Positions 51,701-64,000 of a stretch of DNA of 64,000 nucleotides are shown piece after piece. The position numbers and the translations under genes were made by a program. This DNA is from Carcharhinus longimanus (taxonomy: Eukaryota): assembly GCA_030264375.1 (NCBI GenBank), contig JASCQW010000081.1, positions 63,167,368 to 63,231,367 on the forward strand. The letters run 5' to 3'. The notes beneath the pieces are model-generated. The model had not been told where the DNA came from and searched no databases. It was given only the letters and a program-made list of their open reading frames with translations. How positions within the stretch are numbered: position 1 is the first letter of the stretch; each line of letters starts with the position of its first letter.

Positions 51701-53214
51701 GGGACTGTTCTAAACATCATGCTGATGAAGAAGTCTCAAGCTGAAATGTTGGGCATGACTCTCTGGTCTCATCCATGATGGGACCCATTTTGAGTGAAAA
51801 AGTAAAATTTGACATTCCAGCCAAAAGCTCCATCACGCTCAGTGGCACTGTAAACTCACAGCCATGACTGAGGATGGAAGAATTTGGCCATTAACTGATT
51901 CCCTCTCTATAGATGCTGCCGAAAACCTGTTGTGCATTTAAACCGCTTTTTGCCTTTGAGAATTATTTTGTTTCTCAACTTTATAAGTTTTACATTATTT
52001 TATCATAATTTTCTGGCTGTTGTACTTTGCCTTCCCATAAGCTTCATTAACTTGCTTTGTCACTTTGAAAAATTGGTGCAAATACACCCAAAGTCATTCT
52101 GTTCTCCCCCCTGCCTTTAAAATTAGACTACTTACTATGCGTAGCCTCTCCACATTTTTACTACTATGTCAAATATGTTCAAATGATCTCACTGCTTGTA
52201 AACTTTGTAAACAATTTTCAGCATGAAATCTTTCTAATCAATTTGTTTGTGTGTGAGATGCTAATTTCTACATAATTCTGTAATTGCCTTACTAGACCAG
52301 TTGGATTTATCTTCATTTCTTACTTCACAATGTTGCACAGTCAATGCAAATTCCTTTATTTCCCTTATACCTTGTACAAGTATCAAATAGCACATGCTAT
52401 CCTGAATGCCACTGCAATCAAATATCTAAATGAGAAAGAGTATACTATATTCAATTTCTTAAAAAAAAAGAATCAGCTTTTTTTTTACAACAAATAAGAG
52501 TATATAATTATTCTACATTGGGGAAAATGACTAGTACGCCCAAATTTTGAAAAACAGTTTGAAAATATTAATGCGAGATTTCTTCCACAGCAAGTGTTGA
52601 ACATTCTAGTTTACATTATACAGTTTGCAGCAACACCTAAAGGCTAACAAAAGTTTTATTTAGACAAAAATAAAGATATTACATCATAAAATTTAAGTGT
52701 CTTTTTTTCCCTCATTCGCTACACAGCACTAAGACAAAATTTTTTTTTACAAAACTGACATGACTGGCTGCACCTAATTACAAACCTGTTTTTGAAGGAC
52801 TCATTTATATACATTAAGCACATGATCTATGAGGAAAAAAGATAAGACTGAATTTCCTCGTCAACATTTGTATCAAGAAGTTATGTAACTGATCTTGAAT
52901 TAGACACATCAAGTGTAACTAAAAGATTACTGCAGTTTTTAGACAATGGGAGTCAAATACATTATTTGTCGGTACTTTAAACAAGCAATTGAATACCATA
53001 ATGTTTTTGAGTTTGGTTTTAGCTTTTCAGCTAAGTTTTCACACAGCCACGTGGCATTTCTTTCACCGTTACCTGATGCATTTCTAATCTCCTCAGCTGA
53101 GGGGCAAAGTATTTCTAAGCTGCAAAGAAAAAATCTTAAAGTTCATTAAACATTTTATTTTCTGGGGGATCTGGAATGAAATGTAGCATACATTTAAGAG
53201 CAATGCATATTCAC

Positions 53215-53293
53215 CTTCTTTCTTTGCAAATCTTTCCTGATCGTATCTGTTGTATGCTGCTGGTATCGGTTGTTTATTTCGCAGTGCTGGATC
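53215..53293 (-). CDS. CDC73: parafibromin, internal coding exon (equivalent of human exon 9, 79 bp)
   Basis: ttgtgttgcAG|GAT CCA GCA...AAA GAA G|GTGAAT. Translates [26 protein letters not shown] plus 1 nt, in frame with both neighbouring exons. Confidence 0.97.
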
Positions 53294-54151
53294 CTGCAAC
53301 ACAAAATTGGACACTGAAGCAAGAATTATAAAATTACTCTTTTTCAAATATAAAATGCACAGGAAAAAAATCAAAGTGGAAGATGTTTAATAGCCAGCTG
53401 TCGGAGATGAGCAAGGACCCGCTAAACAAACGTACAGCTGTAAAGACTATTATTTGGGTATTAAATATGAACTGCATTTTTAAAACTTAACAGCTACCTA
53501 TCATGACAAACAATAGTTTATAAGAGATATGAACAAATTAGCTCATCTTTATGGCTGCACAAATCATTACCAGAATAGTTAGCATGTTTGCCATGTCAAA
53601 TGAATCTTTTGATTAATTTACTTTCCATGCTTATTCTACAAAACTATAGCACTGCATTTATCTTTTATCTTCCATCAAATTGGATTACAGTATTTCAAAT
53701 AGGAAATTACCAACAAGAGTCTCTCAGTACTATAACAGGTGACATGCAGATTACATATGCACAACCAACAAACACAGTACCAATACAGGTGAAGTCACGG
53801 AATCATACAGCATGGAAGGGAATCTTTTTAACACGAGTGATACTGTTGACTCGATGGAAGAGCTGTCCAAGTATTCCAGCAGTTTTTCCATAACACTTTA
53901 AATTAGTCGTCTTCAATTACCTTTCAAAAATTCTGATCTGATTTGACCACTCTTTCAGCTAGTACATTACTGACCTTAACGTGTGGGAAGAGATTTCTCA
54001 TTTCCAACCTAGTTCCTCTGACAATCACTTGAAGATCGATGGCCATTCAATGCAAACCCACTTGGAGGAATTAGTTTCTCACTAATTGCTTAATCAAAAC
54101 CCCTCAATTTTGAACACTCCTTTTCGGTCTCCCTTTAATTTTCTCTATTCA

Positions 54152-56010
54152 AAGACCATAAAGACATAGGAGCAGAATTAGGCCACTCGGCCCATTCAGC
54201 CTACTCTGCCATTCAATCATGATATTTTTCTTATTTCCATTCTCCTGCCTTTTCCCGCAACCCCTGAACCCCTTATTGATCAAGGACCTATCTATCTCTG
54301 TCTTAAAGAAATTCAATGACCTGACCTCCACAGCCTTCTGCAGCAAAGAGTTCCACAGATTCACGACACTCGAAGAAGAAATTCCTCCTCATCTCTGTTT
54401 TAAAGGATTGTCCCTTTCACCTGAGGTTATGCCCTCTGGTTCTAGTTTTTCATACTAGTGGAAACATCCCACATCCACTCTATCCAGGTCTCACACTATC
54501 CTGCATGTTTCAATAAGATCCCCCTCATCCTTCTAAACTCCAACCAGTACAGACCCAGAGTTGACAACGGTTCCTCATACGACAAGCTCTTCATTCCAGG
54601 GATCATTCTTGTGAACTTCCTCTGGACCCTTTCCTTAGATACAGGGCCGAAAACTGCCCACGATACTCCAAATGGGGTCTGACCAGAGCCTTATACAGCC
54701 TCAGAAGTACATCCCTCTTGACAGGAATGCTAACATTACATCTGCCTTCCTAACTACTGAATGAACCTGCACGTTAATCTTAAGGGAATCTTGAACAAGG
54801 GCTCCCAAGTCCCTTTGTGTTTCTGATTTCCTAAGCATTTCTCTATTTAGAAAATAGTCGATGCCTCCATTTCTCCTTCCAAAGGACATAATCTCACATT
54901 TTTCCACATTGTATTCCATCTGCCAGTCTTTGCCTGCTCTCCTAACCTGTCTAAGTCTTTCTGTAACCACCACCACCCCCCCCACACTTCCTCAATACTA
55001 CCTGTTCCTCAACATAGCTTTGTATCATCTGCAAAGTTAGCAACAGTGCCTTCAATCATTAATATAGTGAAAAGTTGTGGTCCCAGCATTGACCCCTGAG
55101 GCACACCTCTAGTCACCGGCTGCCATCCTGCAAAAGACACCTTTACCCCCACACTCTGCCTTCTGCCAGTCAGCCAATTCTCTATCCATGCCAAGATCTT
55201 ATCCTTAACACTATGGGCACTTAACTTATTTTACAGTCTCCTATGCAGCACCTTGTCAAAGGCCTTCTGGAAATCTAAATAAATCACGTCCACTAGTTCT
55301 CCTTGATTTAACTTCTTTGTTACCTTNNNNNNNNNNNNNNNNNNNNNNNNNNNNNNNNNNNNNNNNNNNNNNNNNNNNNNNNNNNNNNNNNNNNNNNNNN
55401 NNNNNNNNNNNNNNNNNNNNNNNNNNNNNNNNNNNNNNNNNNNNNNNNNNNNNNNNNNNNNNNNNNNNNNNNNNNNNNNNNNNNNNNNNNNNNNNNNNNN
55501 NNNNNNNNNNNNNNNNNNNNNNNNNNNNNNNNNNNNNNNNNNNNNNNNNNNNNNNNNNNNNNNNNNNNNNNNNNNNNNNNNNNNNNNNNNNNNNNNNNNN
55601 NNNNNNNNNNNNNNNNNNNNNNNNNNNNNNNNNNNNNNNNNNNNNNNNNNNNNNNNNNNNNNNNNNNNNNNNNNNNNNNNNNNNNNNNNNNNNNNNNNNN
55701 NNNNNNNNNNNNNNNNNNNNNNNNNNNNNNNNNNNNNNNNNNNNNNNNNNNNNNNNNNNNNNNNNNNNNNNNNNNNNNNNNNNNNNNNNNNNNNNNNNNN
55801 NNNNCCTCTGCCATTGCTTTGTTTCCTATTATTACTTCTCCAGCCTCATTTTCCAGTGGCCTAATGACTATTTTTGTCTCTCTTTCCTTTTATATTTTTA
55901 AAGCAAACTCTTCCTATCTTCTTTTATATTACTAGCTAGCTTACACTTGTATTTCATCTTCTCCCTTCTTACTGCTTTTTTAGTTGTCCTCTGCTCGCTT
56001 TTGCTTCCAA
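54152..56010 (-). mobile_element. CR1 LINE (RT to 3' tail) spanning a 478-N gap, with an older CR1 tail at about 53800-54150
   Basis: Minus ORFs [15 protein letters not shown]...[15 protein letters not shown]...FADDTKL and DWQMEYNVEKCE...QRDLG. Tail aagaccataaagacataggagcagaattaggcc. Confidence 0.92.
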
Positions 56011-56357
56011 ATCCTCTGGCTTCCCAGTAATCCTTGCCAGCTTCTACAATCCCTCCAAATAGCAAGTAACTCATCCTAGGTAGCAAGCTGGTATAGCTCT
56101 GCTCTACCTTTTCAAGTCTTCACACCTTTTCTAATGTGGTGAACTGAACTATTTGAAGCGCAGAGTCCAACACTGGTGCATTTCGAATAATTCATTCAAA
56201 GAATTCAAATAAGTATGGAATGAACACCCCAGATATAAACTTTAATGCCTTGAATGTGATTGAGATGGCCAAGTCATCTGTACAATTACTGGAGGCGCTC
56301 AACAGATTAGACAGCATCTGTGAACAAAACAATTTCTATCATGATGTGTCCAAATAC

Positions 56358-56755
56358 GAAAGACTTGCATTTCACCCTGCACTTATGCAGCCACCAGATA
56401 TTCCAGAAGCACATTACAGCCAATTAAACACTTTCTGCAGTAACCATTGTAATGTAGGAAATACAGCTGCCAATTTGTACATAGCAAGCTCCCACAACGC
56501 AATGTGATAAAAAGCAGATAACCCGTTTTGTTGATCGAGAAATAAACATTGACCACAACCACTGGGGTAACTCTTGGTCTTCAACAAAATAGGACCTTTT
56601 ACATCCATTCAAGTGGGAAGAGATAGCCTCAGATTAAGGTCTCATCTGATATGCTGCATCACTGGCAGTGCTGTACTGCACTGCAGTGTCAGCCTTGATT
56701 ATTATACTCAAGTCCTGAAGCAGAACTTGAACTCATAACTTTAACTCAAGAGACC
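56358..56755 (-). mobile_element. DeuSINE (SacSINE1-like)
   Basis: Minus strand B box ggttcaagt-like, gctgacactgcagtgcagtac, Deu-domain-like gtgggagcttgctatgtacaaattggcagctgtatttcctacattacaa, and L2-like tail aatgcaagtcttt. Confidence 0.75.
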
Positions 56756-56759
56756 AGAG

Positions 56760-56870
56760 CAGTGGTGGGCAACCTGGCCACATGCAGCCCACCGGGGTTC
56801 GGAGTGCCACTCACAAGGCATTTTGTTGACTGCTGTTAGGGTACACATCAGAAACTCCAAGGTATAATAT
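56760..56870 (+). mobile_element. possible hAT-type DNA transposon left end
   Basis: cagtggtgggcaacctggcc...gcagccc resembles CAGGGGTGGGCAACC-type hAT termini. No right end found. Confidence 0.4.
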
Positions 56871-57117
56871 GAACATAAGAACATAAGAAATAGGAGCAGG
56901 AGTAGGCCATCTAGCCCTTCGAGCCTGCCCCGCCATTCAANNNNNNNNNNNNNNNNNNNNNNNNNNNNNNNNNNNNNNNNNNNNNNNNNNNNNNNNNNNN
57001 NNNNNNNNNNNNNNNNNNNNNNNNNNNNNNNNNNNNNNNNACACCCTACACTCGGTTCCCTCCTCCAGATCATCTATATAAATGGTAAAAAGCTGAGGCC
57101 CCAGCACCGACCCCTGA
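56871..57117 (-). mobile_element. young CR1 (tail and RT piece on either side of a 100-N gap)
   Basis: gaacataagaacataagaaataggagcagg...; cagatcatctatataaatggtaaaaagctgaggccccagcaccgacccctg. Confidence 0.85.
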
Positions 57118-58235
57118 AGTCACCGACCAATGAAGTTAGAGTGCACCCCAAATATTTGTTATTTTGGCATTAAGAGAATATGTTTCATTCCAGATGCGAT
57201 TCTACTACAAACTGGGAAATTTTTATCAAACTTCATTTAACATCACAGCTTAAAACTATAACAAATGAATTATCTTAACATTTAAACAATGCTTAAAAAT
57301 GACAAGATACATAATATGCAACTTACATATCTTAAACGTGCAGTATCATTTGCACTGTTGCAGAGAAGCCACATCCCACTGGCTTCCATCGGTGCAACTT
57401 ATTTCCTACCAGTAAAGTGATACGCACAAAAAGGGCACTTGAAATGAGGTACATGTTGACTGCAAAGAATATTGACTTAGAGCCATGCACTCTCCTACAT
57501 CCAATTAAACACAAATATTTATTGTGTTTTACCATGAAGTTGATGACAGTTCTATTAATGTATGAATGATTAAGTATTTTCTATAACTAATGAAATATTT
57601 GGCCTGTATTAAATATATTCAATCTTATTCAAGGGTCATAGTTAGTGAATATGCCCACTTTCAATCTTGCAGCCTACTGAAATGAAAGGGGGCCACTCAT
57701 GTGCCCCACTCATTGATCTAGGTTGTCATTCACTAGGCCAGTGAGCTACTTCTCTCCTGAACATGGTGCACACCAAGAGCCAGGGTGTCAGATCTGATTC
57801 ATAATGAAAGTTAAGAATGACACCCCTGTTCTTGAGTTCAAGGAAAAGTATGATGTTGAAAATAGTGCCTTAAAAATATATTACTACAGTTCTGCATCCT
57901 CTATATTTACATTAATTGTATGCACTATACATTGCATAAGGAAAAATGGTCTATACAAATTACAATTTAATCAGAGTAATTTGCACTTAATTCTGTAAAT
58001 CATACTGAAAATTCCTAGTTACATCTACTTTTAATATTTTAAATATGAACGTAGTTATTACTTCTCTGTAATTTTAATTTGTAACTAATTGACTAAATAT
58101 GGTGTGAAGGGAAAGAGTTACGGATAAGGAGTATGCAATCCCTTAACATAAGTTCCGAGAAACATCAGTTCAGTAAGTCAAGCACAATACATTTTATTCC
58201 TCCTTAAAAGAGGAAGAGAAAAAATTGTTTCTTAC

Positions 58236-58334
58236 CGGTTGTATTACGTTTTGTGGAGGTCTCTGTTCTGGTGCTCGTCCTTCTTCCCTAGCTTTGACTG
58301 ATTGTAAAATTGCAAATATGTTCTTGGAAAAATT
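58236..58334 (-). CDS. CDC73: parafibromin, internal coding exon (equivalent of human exon 8, 99 bp)
   Basis: Minus strand tttttccatccctcAG|AAT TTT TCC AAG...CAA CCG|GTAAGA. Translates [33 protein letters not shown], matching parafibromin. Phase 0/0. Confidence 0.96.
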
Positions 58335-58377
58335 CTGAGGGATGGAAAAAATACAATCAGCAGTGGAAATTTTAAAG

Positions 58378-58508
58378 ATAAAAGCAAATTACTACAGATT
58401 CTGGAATCTGAAAAACAGAAAATGCTACAAAATCTCAGCAGGACGGACAGCATCTGTGGAGAGAGAACGGGGCTAACACTTCAGGACTAGTCATCTCTTC
58501 ACCAGAAG
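58378..58508 (-). mobile_element. Penelope-like terminal fragment just upstream of the CDC73 exon 8 acceptor
   Basis: aaaagcaaattactacagattctggaatctgaaaaacagaaaatgct...ctcagcagg...cagcatctgtggagagagaa is the reverse complement of the terminus type seen at 23640-23690. Confidence 0.65.
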
Positions 58509-58664
58509 AGTGATTGACAGTAGAGATGGTTACGGTTCTGCATAATTAAGAATTAAATTGAACTTCGTTATCTTTCAGCTACATGTTGCCATCTTTTGTG
58601 CAAAAGAAAGAAATGCCAGAATTTGATCAGGCACCAATTCTCAGATACTTCTTCCTATCTCCCC

Positions 58665-59345
58665 AAGAACCTAAGAAATAGGAGCAGGAGTAGGCCATCT
58701 AGCCCTTCGAGCCTGCCTCGCCATTCAATAAGATCACAGCTGATCTGAAAGTGGTTCAATTCGACTTACCCGCCTGCACCCCATAACCTTTAATTCCATT
58801 ATCGATCAAAAATCTATCTACCTGTGACTTAAACATATTCAAGAGATAGCTTCCACCACTTCAATGGGCAGAGAATTCCAGAGATTCACCACTCTGAGTG
58901 AAGAAGTTCCTCCTCAACACTGTTCTNNNNNNNNNNNNNNNNNNNNNNNNNNNNNNNNNNNNNNNNNNNNNNNNNNNNNNNNNNNNNNNNNNNNNNNNNN
59001 NNNNNNNNNNNNNNNNNNNNNNNNNNTACCTGCCTGCTCCCCATAACCCTTAAGTCCCTTATCGATCAGAAATCTCTCTACCCGTGACTTAAACATATTC
59101 AACGAGGTAGCCTCCATCACTTCAATGGGCAGAGAATTCCAGAGATTTACCACCTTCTGAGAGAAGAAGTTCCTCCTCAACTCTGTTCTAAACTGCAACC
59201 CCTCCTCTCCACACTTACTTTGAGGCCGTGCCCTCTAGTTCTGGTTTCCTTTCTAAGTGGAAAGAATCTCTCTGCCTTTACCCTATCTAGCCCCTTCACT
59301 ATCTTATATGTGTCTAAGATCACCCCTCAGCCTTCTAAACGCCAA
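58665..59345 (-). mobile_element. CR1 3' end; two overlapping, diverged versions either side of a gap
   Basis: FRTELRRNFFSQKVVNLWNSLP. 58768-58926 and 59027-59190 cover the same consensus interval. Confidence 0.88.
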
Positions 59346-60465
59346 CACGATCCCACCACTAAAGATCAATTTATTGTTTCCAGGACCATCATCTAATCCA
59401 AAGATCTTCCCTGCACAGCTTCCTACTTCAGTTCCCTAACACCACACAACCCACTTCTCCCTCTCCCCCAAAATCCACAAAAATAACTGTCCTGATAGAC
59501 CAATCATTTCAGCCTGTTCCATCCTCACCGATCTTATTTATTCCTCTATTTTATTCTCCCTTTGTTCAATCTTTTTCGATTTACATCCATGACTCTTCTC
59601 CTACATCATTCCAATAATTTCTGGTTTCCCAGCCATAACCACTTCTTCTTCAATATGTTAAATCTCTCTACCTCTCCATCCCTCCACCAGGACTGTCTGA
59701 GGGCATCTCAATTCCTCCTTGATCAGAGGCCCAAAGTCCTCACTAGGCTGAAATGATTCCTTTAACTTATCTTGCTTCCTCCAAACAAAAGGCGTGTGAT
59801 GGTATTTGCATTATGCATTTCTCTTTGTGGGGTATGTGAAACATTCCTCATCAATGACTAAATCAGTGCCGCTTCCTGCTCAGAACTGAAAAAAATTAAT
59901 CAATTTTGCTTCCCATCCCCAGTCATCTCCAACACTTCCTTTACTCAACTTTTCTGTCATTCTGTCTATTTCTGGGGGTAGACTGTCTGCTAGTATTCAT
60001 TATAAGCACAATGACTCCCATAGCTATCTGGACTACACTTCCTTGTTCCATCAGCTTTGCAACTGTTCTGATGATGCTACCTTCCACAATAGTACTACTG
60101 GCATATCTTTATTTTCTCTCAAATAAAGATTCCTCCCATATTTTCCTTTCCCCTAAAGAGTCCTCAACCGCATTCAACCTGTTTCATGCACTTGGGCTCT
60201 CACCCCTTTCCCTCCCTCCCCAAGCTACAATAGATCCTCCTTTCCATTGCACAAAACTCCGCAAAGAATTATGGCAGTCTACCATCCCCTTTCAGCAGTC
60301 CGATGGGATTCTTTCTTCCACAACACTCTGGTCCACTCCTCCTATGCTCTACATCACCTTCCAAAAGGCATAAGCATTTCTACTTCCCTCAATTCTGAAG
60401 AATCATTCAACTTGAAATGTCAACTGTTTCTCTATCCACGAATGCTGCTAGACCCGAGGTTTTAA
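59345..60465 (+). mobile_element. decayed Penelope-like element (RT region)
   Basis: ctccccaaaatccacaaaaataactgtcctgatagaccaatcatttcagcctgttcc reads LPKIHK..CP.RPIISAC. Later agctatctggactacacttcc (YLDY.S). Penelope-type terminus near 60420-60460. Confidence 0.75.
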
Positions 60466-61494
60466 TGTCAGAATTTAGATGTTGCTGCCTTAGACAGGCC
60501 TTTAACTTAAACAATTGATCAAAAATACAACAATCAGCTTGCTTCTGCTGCTGGGTAAGAGAGTGAAAATTTAATAATAGGCATTACTTGGAATACAGGC
60601 CTGCAAGGAAGGGATAACATGTAACTCAAATATCGAGTATTCCAGTGAAGCAGACATATGAAAGCTTGACACAAGACTCTCCTCCTTCCTTCAAAACCAA
60701 CGTAGAACAATTAAGGAGGTGTTTTACAATTAAATGTGGTGATAAATCATTGCAATTCAAAGGCATCAGCTGGATGGATAGGTTTTCCTTAATATTAGAA
60801 CTCTCAGCATTGGAGCAACTTTCCTCCTCAGAGGGTTCAGCTTCCCAAACAATCCTTCTCACAGCCAGGTAATCAACATTTTTATTGTTATCTATGTGGT
60901 CTTGGCAACTAATTTGCTTAAATTAACCATCTCAACAGAAGTAGCTCATCCATCTTTTAAAACTTTAGCACAAGGCATTATCAGCATTCCAATTAGAGAA
61001 AATGGGCATGCAGCAAACAAATCCATACCTTCTCTGTTTGTTGTGCAACATAGAGACATGATTTAAGGACCAGTTCTGTAACATTCGTACTCTCCCCTTG
61101 ACCTCATAGCCTGGTATCTAGACAAAAGCCTGTACGCCTGCACCCAGTCATTTGCAAGAGTTGTTGTAAGGTGCTATCCAGAGGGAAATACCATCTAGCA
61201 TGATTCCACTTCAGATATTGCCAGGTTTATTTTCCTAGACATTTACTCTCGATAGATTATAGAGGACAAGGTTTACTACACCCTTTTTTAATCAACAATG
61301 CAGCATCGGAAATGTACAGCCTTGAACATATATCTATTTGTTAGGTGATAGAGAGGACAAAAGGTACTTAAATCACACTTTCAGGTCAAGGTGATATTCA
61401 AAAAGTGATTAAAATTTAACTATTGTGTATTTTAGCTGTATGTGCATGCAGCTTATTTTCAGCAAATTATTAGGTGAAGTGGCCAACAGTTAGA

Positions 61495-62450
61495 GAACAT
61501 ACGAAGTGTCATAAGATATAGGAGCAGAAGTCAATGAAGATCATGACTGATCTGATATAATCACCAATTCCTCTTTTCCACCTAATCCCAATAATCCTTG
61601 ATTCCCTTACTGTTTAAAAATCTGTCCATCTCAGTGTTGAATATACTTAATGACCCAGCCTCTGCAGTAAAGAATTCCACAGATTCACTACCCTGAGGAA
61701 AAATTTCTCCTCGTCTGTCTTAAGTGGACCTAGACTTTCTAACAAGGGTAAACACCCTTTCAATATTTACCCTGTCAAGCCCCCTGAGAATCCTATATAT
61801 CTCAATAAGATCACCTCTCATTCATCTAAACTCCAAGGAGAATTAATCTCCCCTCATAAGAAAATCCCTCTAAAATATCTTACCTGGTCTGGACTACATG
61901 TGACTCTAGAGCTACACAGCAATGTGGTTAACTTTCAACTGCCCCCCAAGGGCAAATCGGGGTAGGCAATAAATGCTGGCCAGCCAGTGATACCAATGTC
62001 CCACAAATGAATAAATATAGCTACTATTTGGGTGCCTATAAACTCTCCTACCAGTGTGTTCTTCCACTCTTTCTCATCTCCACCCATATGGATTCTACAT
62101 CTTCCAATCCAAGATCATTTCTTGCCATCATACTTATTCCATCTCATGCTAACAAAGCCACTCAACCACCCTTTCCTTCCTATTTATCCTTACAAAAAAT
62201 TTCATAGCCCTGAATATTTAATTCCTAATTTGATCTCTTTGTAACCACATCTCTGTAATGGCTATAAAATCCATACCTATTAACCACAATGTGTGTCATT
62301 AATTCATTTATTTTGTGCCGAATACTATGTACATTTAAGTAAAGAGCCATTAATTTTGCTGTACCATTTTTTTCCCTTTTTGATATCATTTGTTGCTTTT
62401 TTTAAGTCTCTTCCTGTCACACTCTGCGTATCATTACAAAATAGCTGACT
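61495..62450 (-). mobile_element. CR1 3' end (61495-61870) and CR1 endonuclease-region fragment (about 62040-62450)
   Basis: cataagatataggagcagaag...gtaaagaattccacagattcactaccct; taaccacatctctgtaatggctat (IAITE.WL on the minus strand). Confidence 0.75.
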
Positions 62451-64000
62451 TTCAATTATGCCATATCCTTTTGCTTTGAAAGACTACATATCCCCTTTCT
62501 AGAACAACTGCCCGCTGTCCAAAGCTGCACTCAGTGCAGGACACCGTGTGTCTGAATTTCTGTGCTCTGAGCAAAGAGACTAGCTGAGCCCAGGTACAGC
62601 TCAGACCAGTTCAGATCAGTTTCCTTAATTAATTCTTTCAGCTATTGCCAGTTGATCACTTCTTAACCCCTTACTTAGGCCCCTGGCGGAGAGTTACAAG
62701 TTCAACAATGCTTGCATTTAAATATTAAAACACAAATACAAACTGAATTAGATTTTTAGAAAGATGTTTAAAATTTCCCTCTACCTAACAAACTTTCACA
62801 CACTGTCCTAAGCCATACTCCCCATAAAGAAATTACAATAAGTATCTGGTATGATGTGGAACAAACAGTTCAAACAAAATAAAATGATCATTTCTTTTGA
62901 GTATTCACAAGTGATATGTTCTCTTCAGACAATGACCACCCAAGGAGATAACAATTTTAGTATAAATTGGATGGAAATAGTAAATTGGCTGTAAGTTCTA
63001 AAAACAAATCTCCGAGAAGAATGACATCCATCTCAGAATATTGAGAGAGAGAGATGAAGGAGGAGATATATGAAGTGAAGATGATCATTACAAAGCAAGC
63101 AAATATGAGGGAAGTCCCAGTGGATAGATAGAGACTTCATGATATATATGCTTGCAAACAAGGCAACAAAGCAAATTCCAACACCTCTGCAATCGTGAAT
63201 AAAATAATGGAATCCATTACCAGGAGTCTACTTCAGGTTTATCTGCACGATGACCTAATAAATCACAATCAATATAGAAAGACAATAGTCAGACAACATC
63301 TGCCTTTTCTGAATTTCAGCAAGGTGACATCATATTAGAATCCACCACAGAATCATAAATGACACAGCACAAGGGGCCAGAGTGACAATCGGGTTTGTGT
63401 TGACTCTTTAGTAGAGCAATCCAGTTGAGTCAACTAGCCCATTCATTTTTAACAGTCTCTAAATGGTTTCCTGAAAAATATTTACCCAACTCTCAAACAG
63501 CCCTACTATAGTCCTGTTACAATTACATAGAACCTTGCTAGGACCTTAAATGAAGTATTTACCCAAGGAAGGATATTATTGCCTTAGAAAGAATGCAATA
63601 AAGACTCATAGATTGATCTACGGGAGGAGAGGTCGTGGAGACTGGACCAAATGTTGTGATTATGTAACTTGTGCTCGAGTGATATTAACCAGTGGTTTCA
63701 ATGGCTGACAAAGCATATACTGAGCTGTTTTGTACATTTTAAAGGCAAGAAAAGACAGTGACTAAAGATTGCTGCCATTAGAGACCTGACTTTTGGTACA
63801 GCCAGTGACCAGTTTCTGGAAAGTCTCAACGTGGAACAAATTTCAAACATGCCACGGCATACTTTTCTAGAATTTCACACTGGAGGATATCAAGAACCAC
63901 TACAAAGTAATTTATTAAAATGTATGGGACATAGCATCTGCATTTCCATAAAACTCTCTCTCCAACAGAGAAAGAAGGCCTGCTAGAATTATAGGTGCAT

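Noticed and set aside
55317-55901. Long ORFs of 164-194 aa in the ORF track, and other X-containing ORFs
   Set aside because: They are artefacts of reading through N gaps.
59906-60373. 155-aa hydrophobic ORF
   Set aside because: An off-frame reading of a decayed, pyrimidine-rich Penelope-like element.
60626-60872. Overlapping 75-78 aa ORFs on both strands with a plus-strand cag|gtaat donor; considered as CDC73 exon 7 or a new gene
   Set aside because: No resemblance to parafibromin exon 7 (SLSEAMSVEKIAAIKAK...) or to any family I recognise. The acceptor is weak and the length is within chance.

Overview
AT-rich vertebrate genomic DNA from a draft assembly with many N gaps. The repeat content (HE1-type V-SINEs, CR1/HER1-like LINE tails, DeuSINEs, Penelope-like elements) points to a cartilaginous fish. 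The window holds part of CDC73 (parafibromin) on the minus strand: three coding exons of 99, 79 and 65 bp, equal to human exons 8-10, followed by more than 46 kb of intron 10. Nested antisense in that intron is a complete B3GALT2 gene, with a single coding exon (9406-10680, 424 aa) and a probable non-coding first exon ending at 2688. The rest is intronic DNA dense in decayed retroelements. I see no clear new biological system. The best leads are regulatory: a uORF-packed B3GALT2 leader with a 61-codon junction-spanning uORF, two mutually exclusive leader hairpins, a palindromic two-strand poly(A) signal, an unexplained 118-bp direct repeat, and a SINE head continuous with a LINE endonuclease. 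Repeat boundaries are approximate and family names come from memory of consensus sequences.
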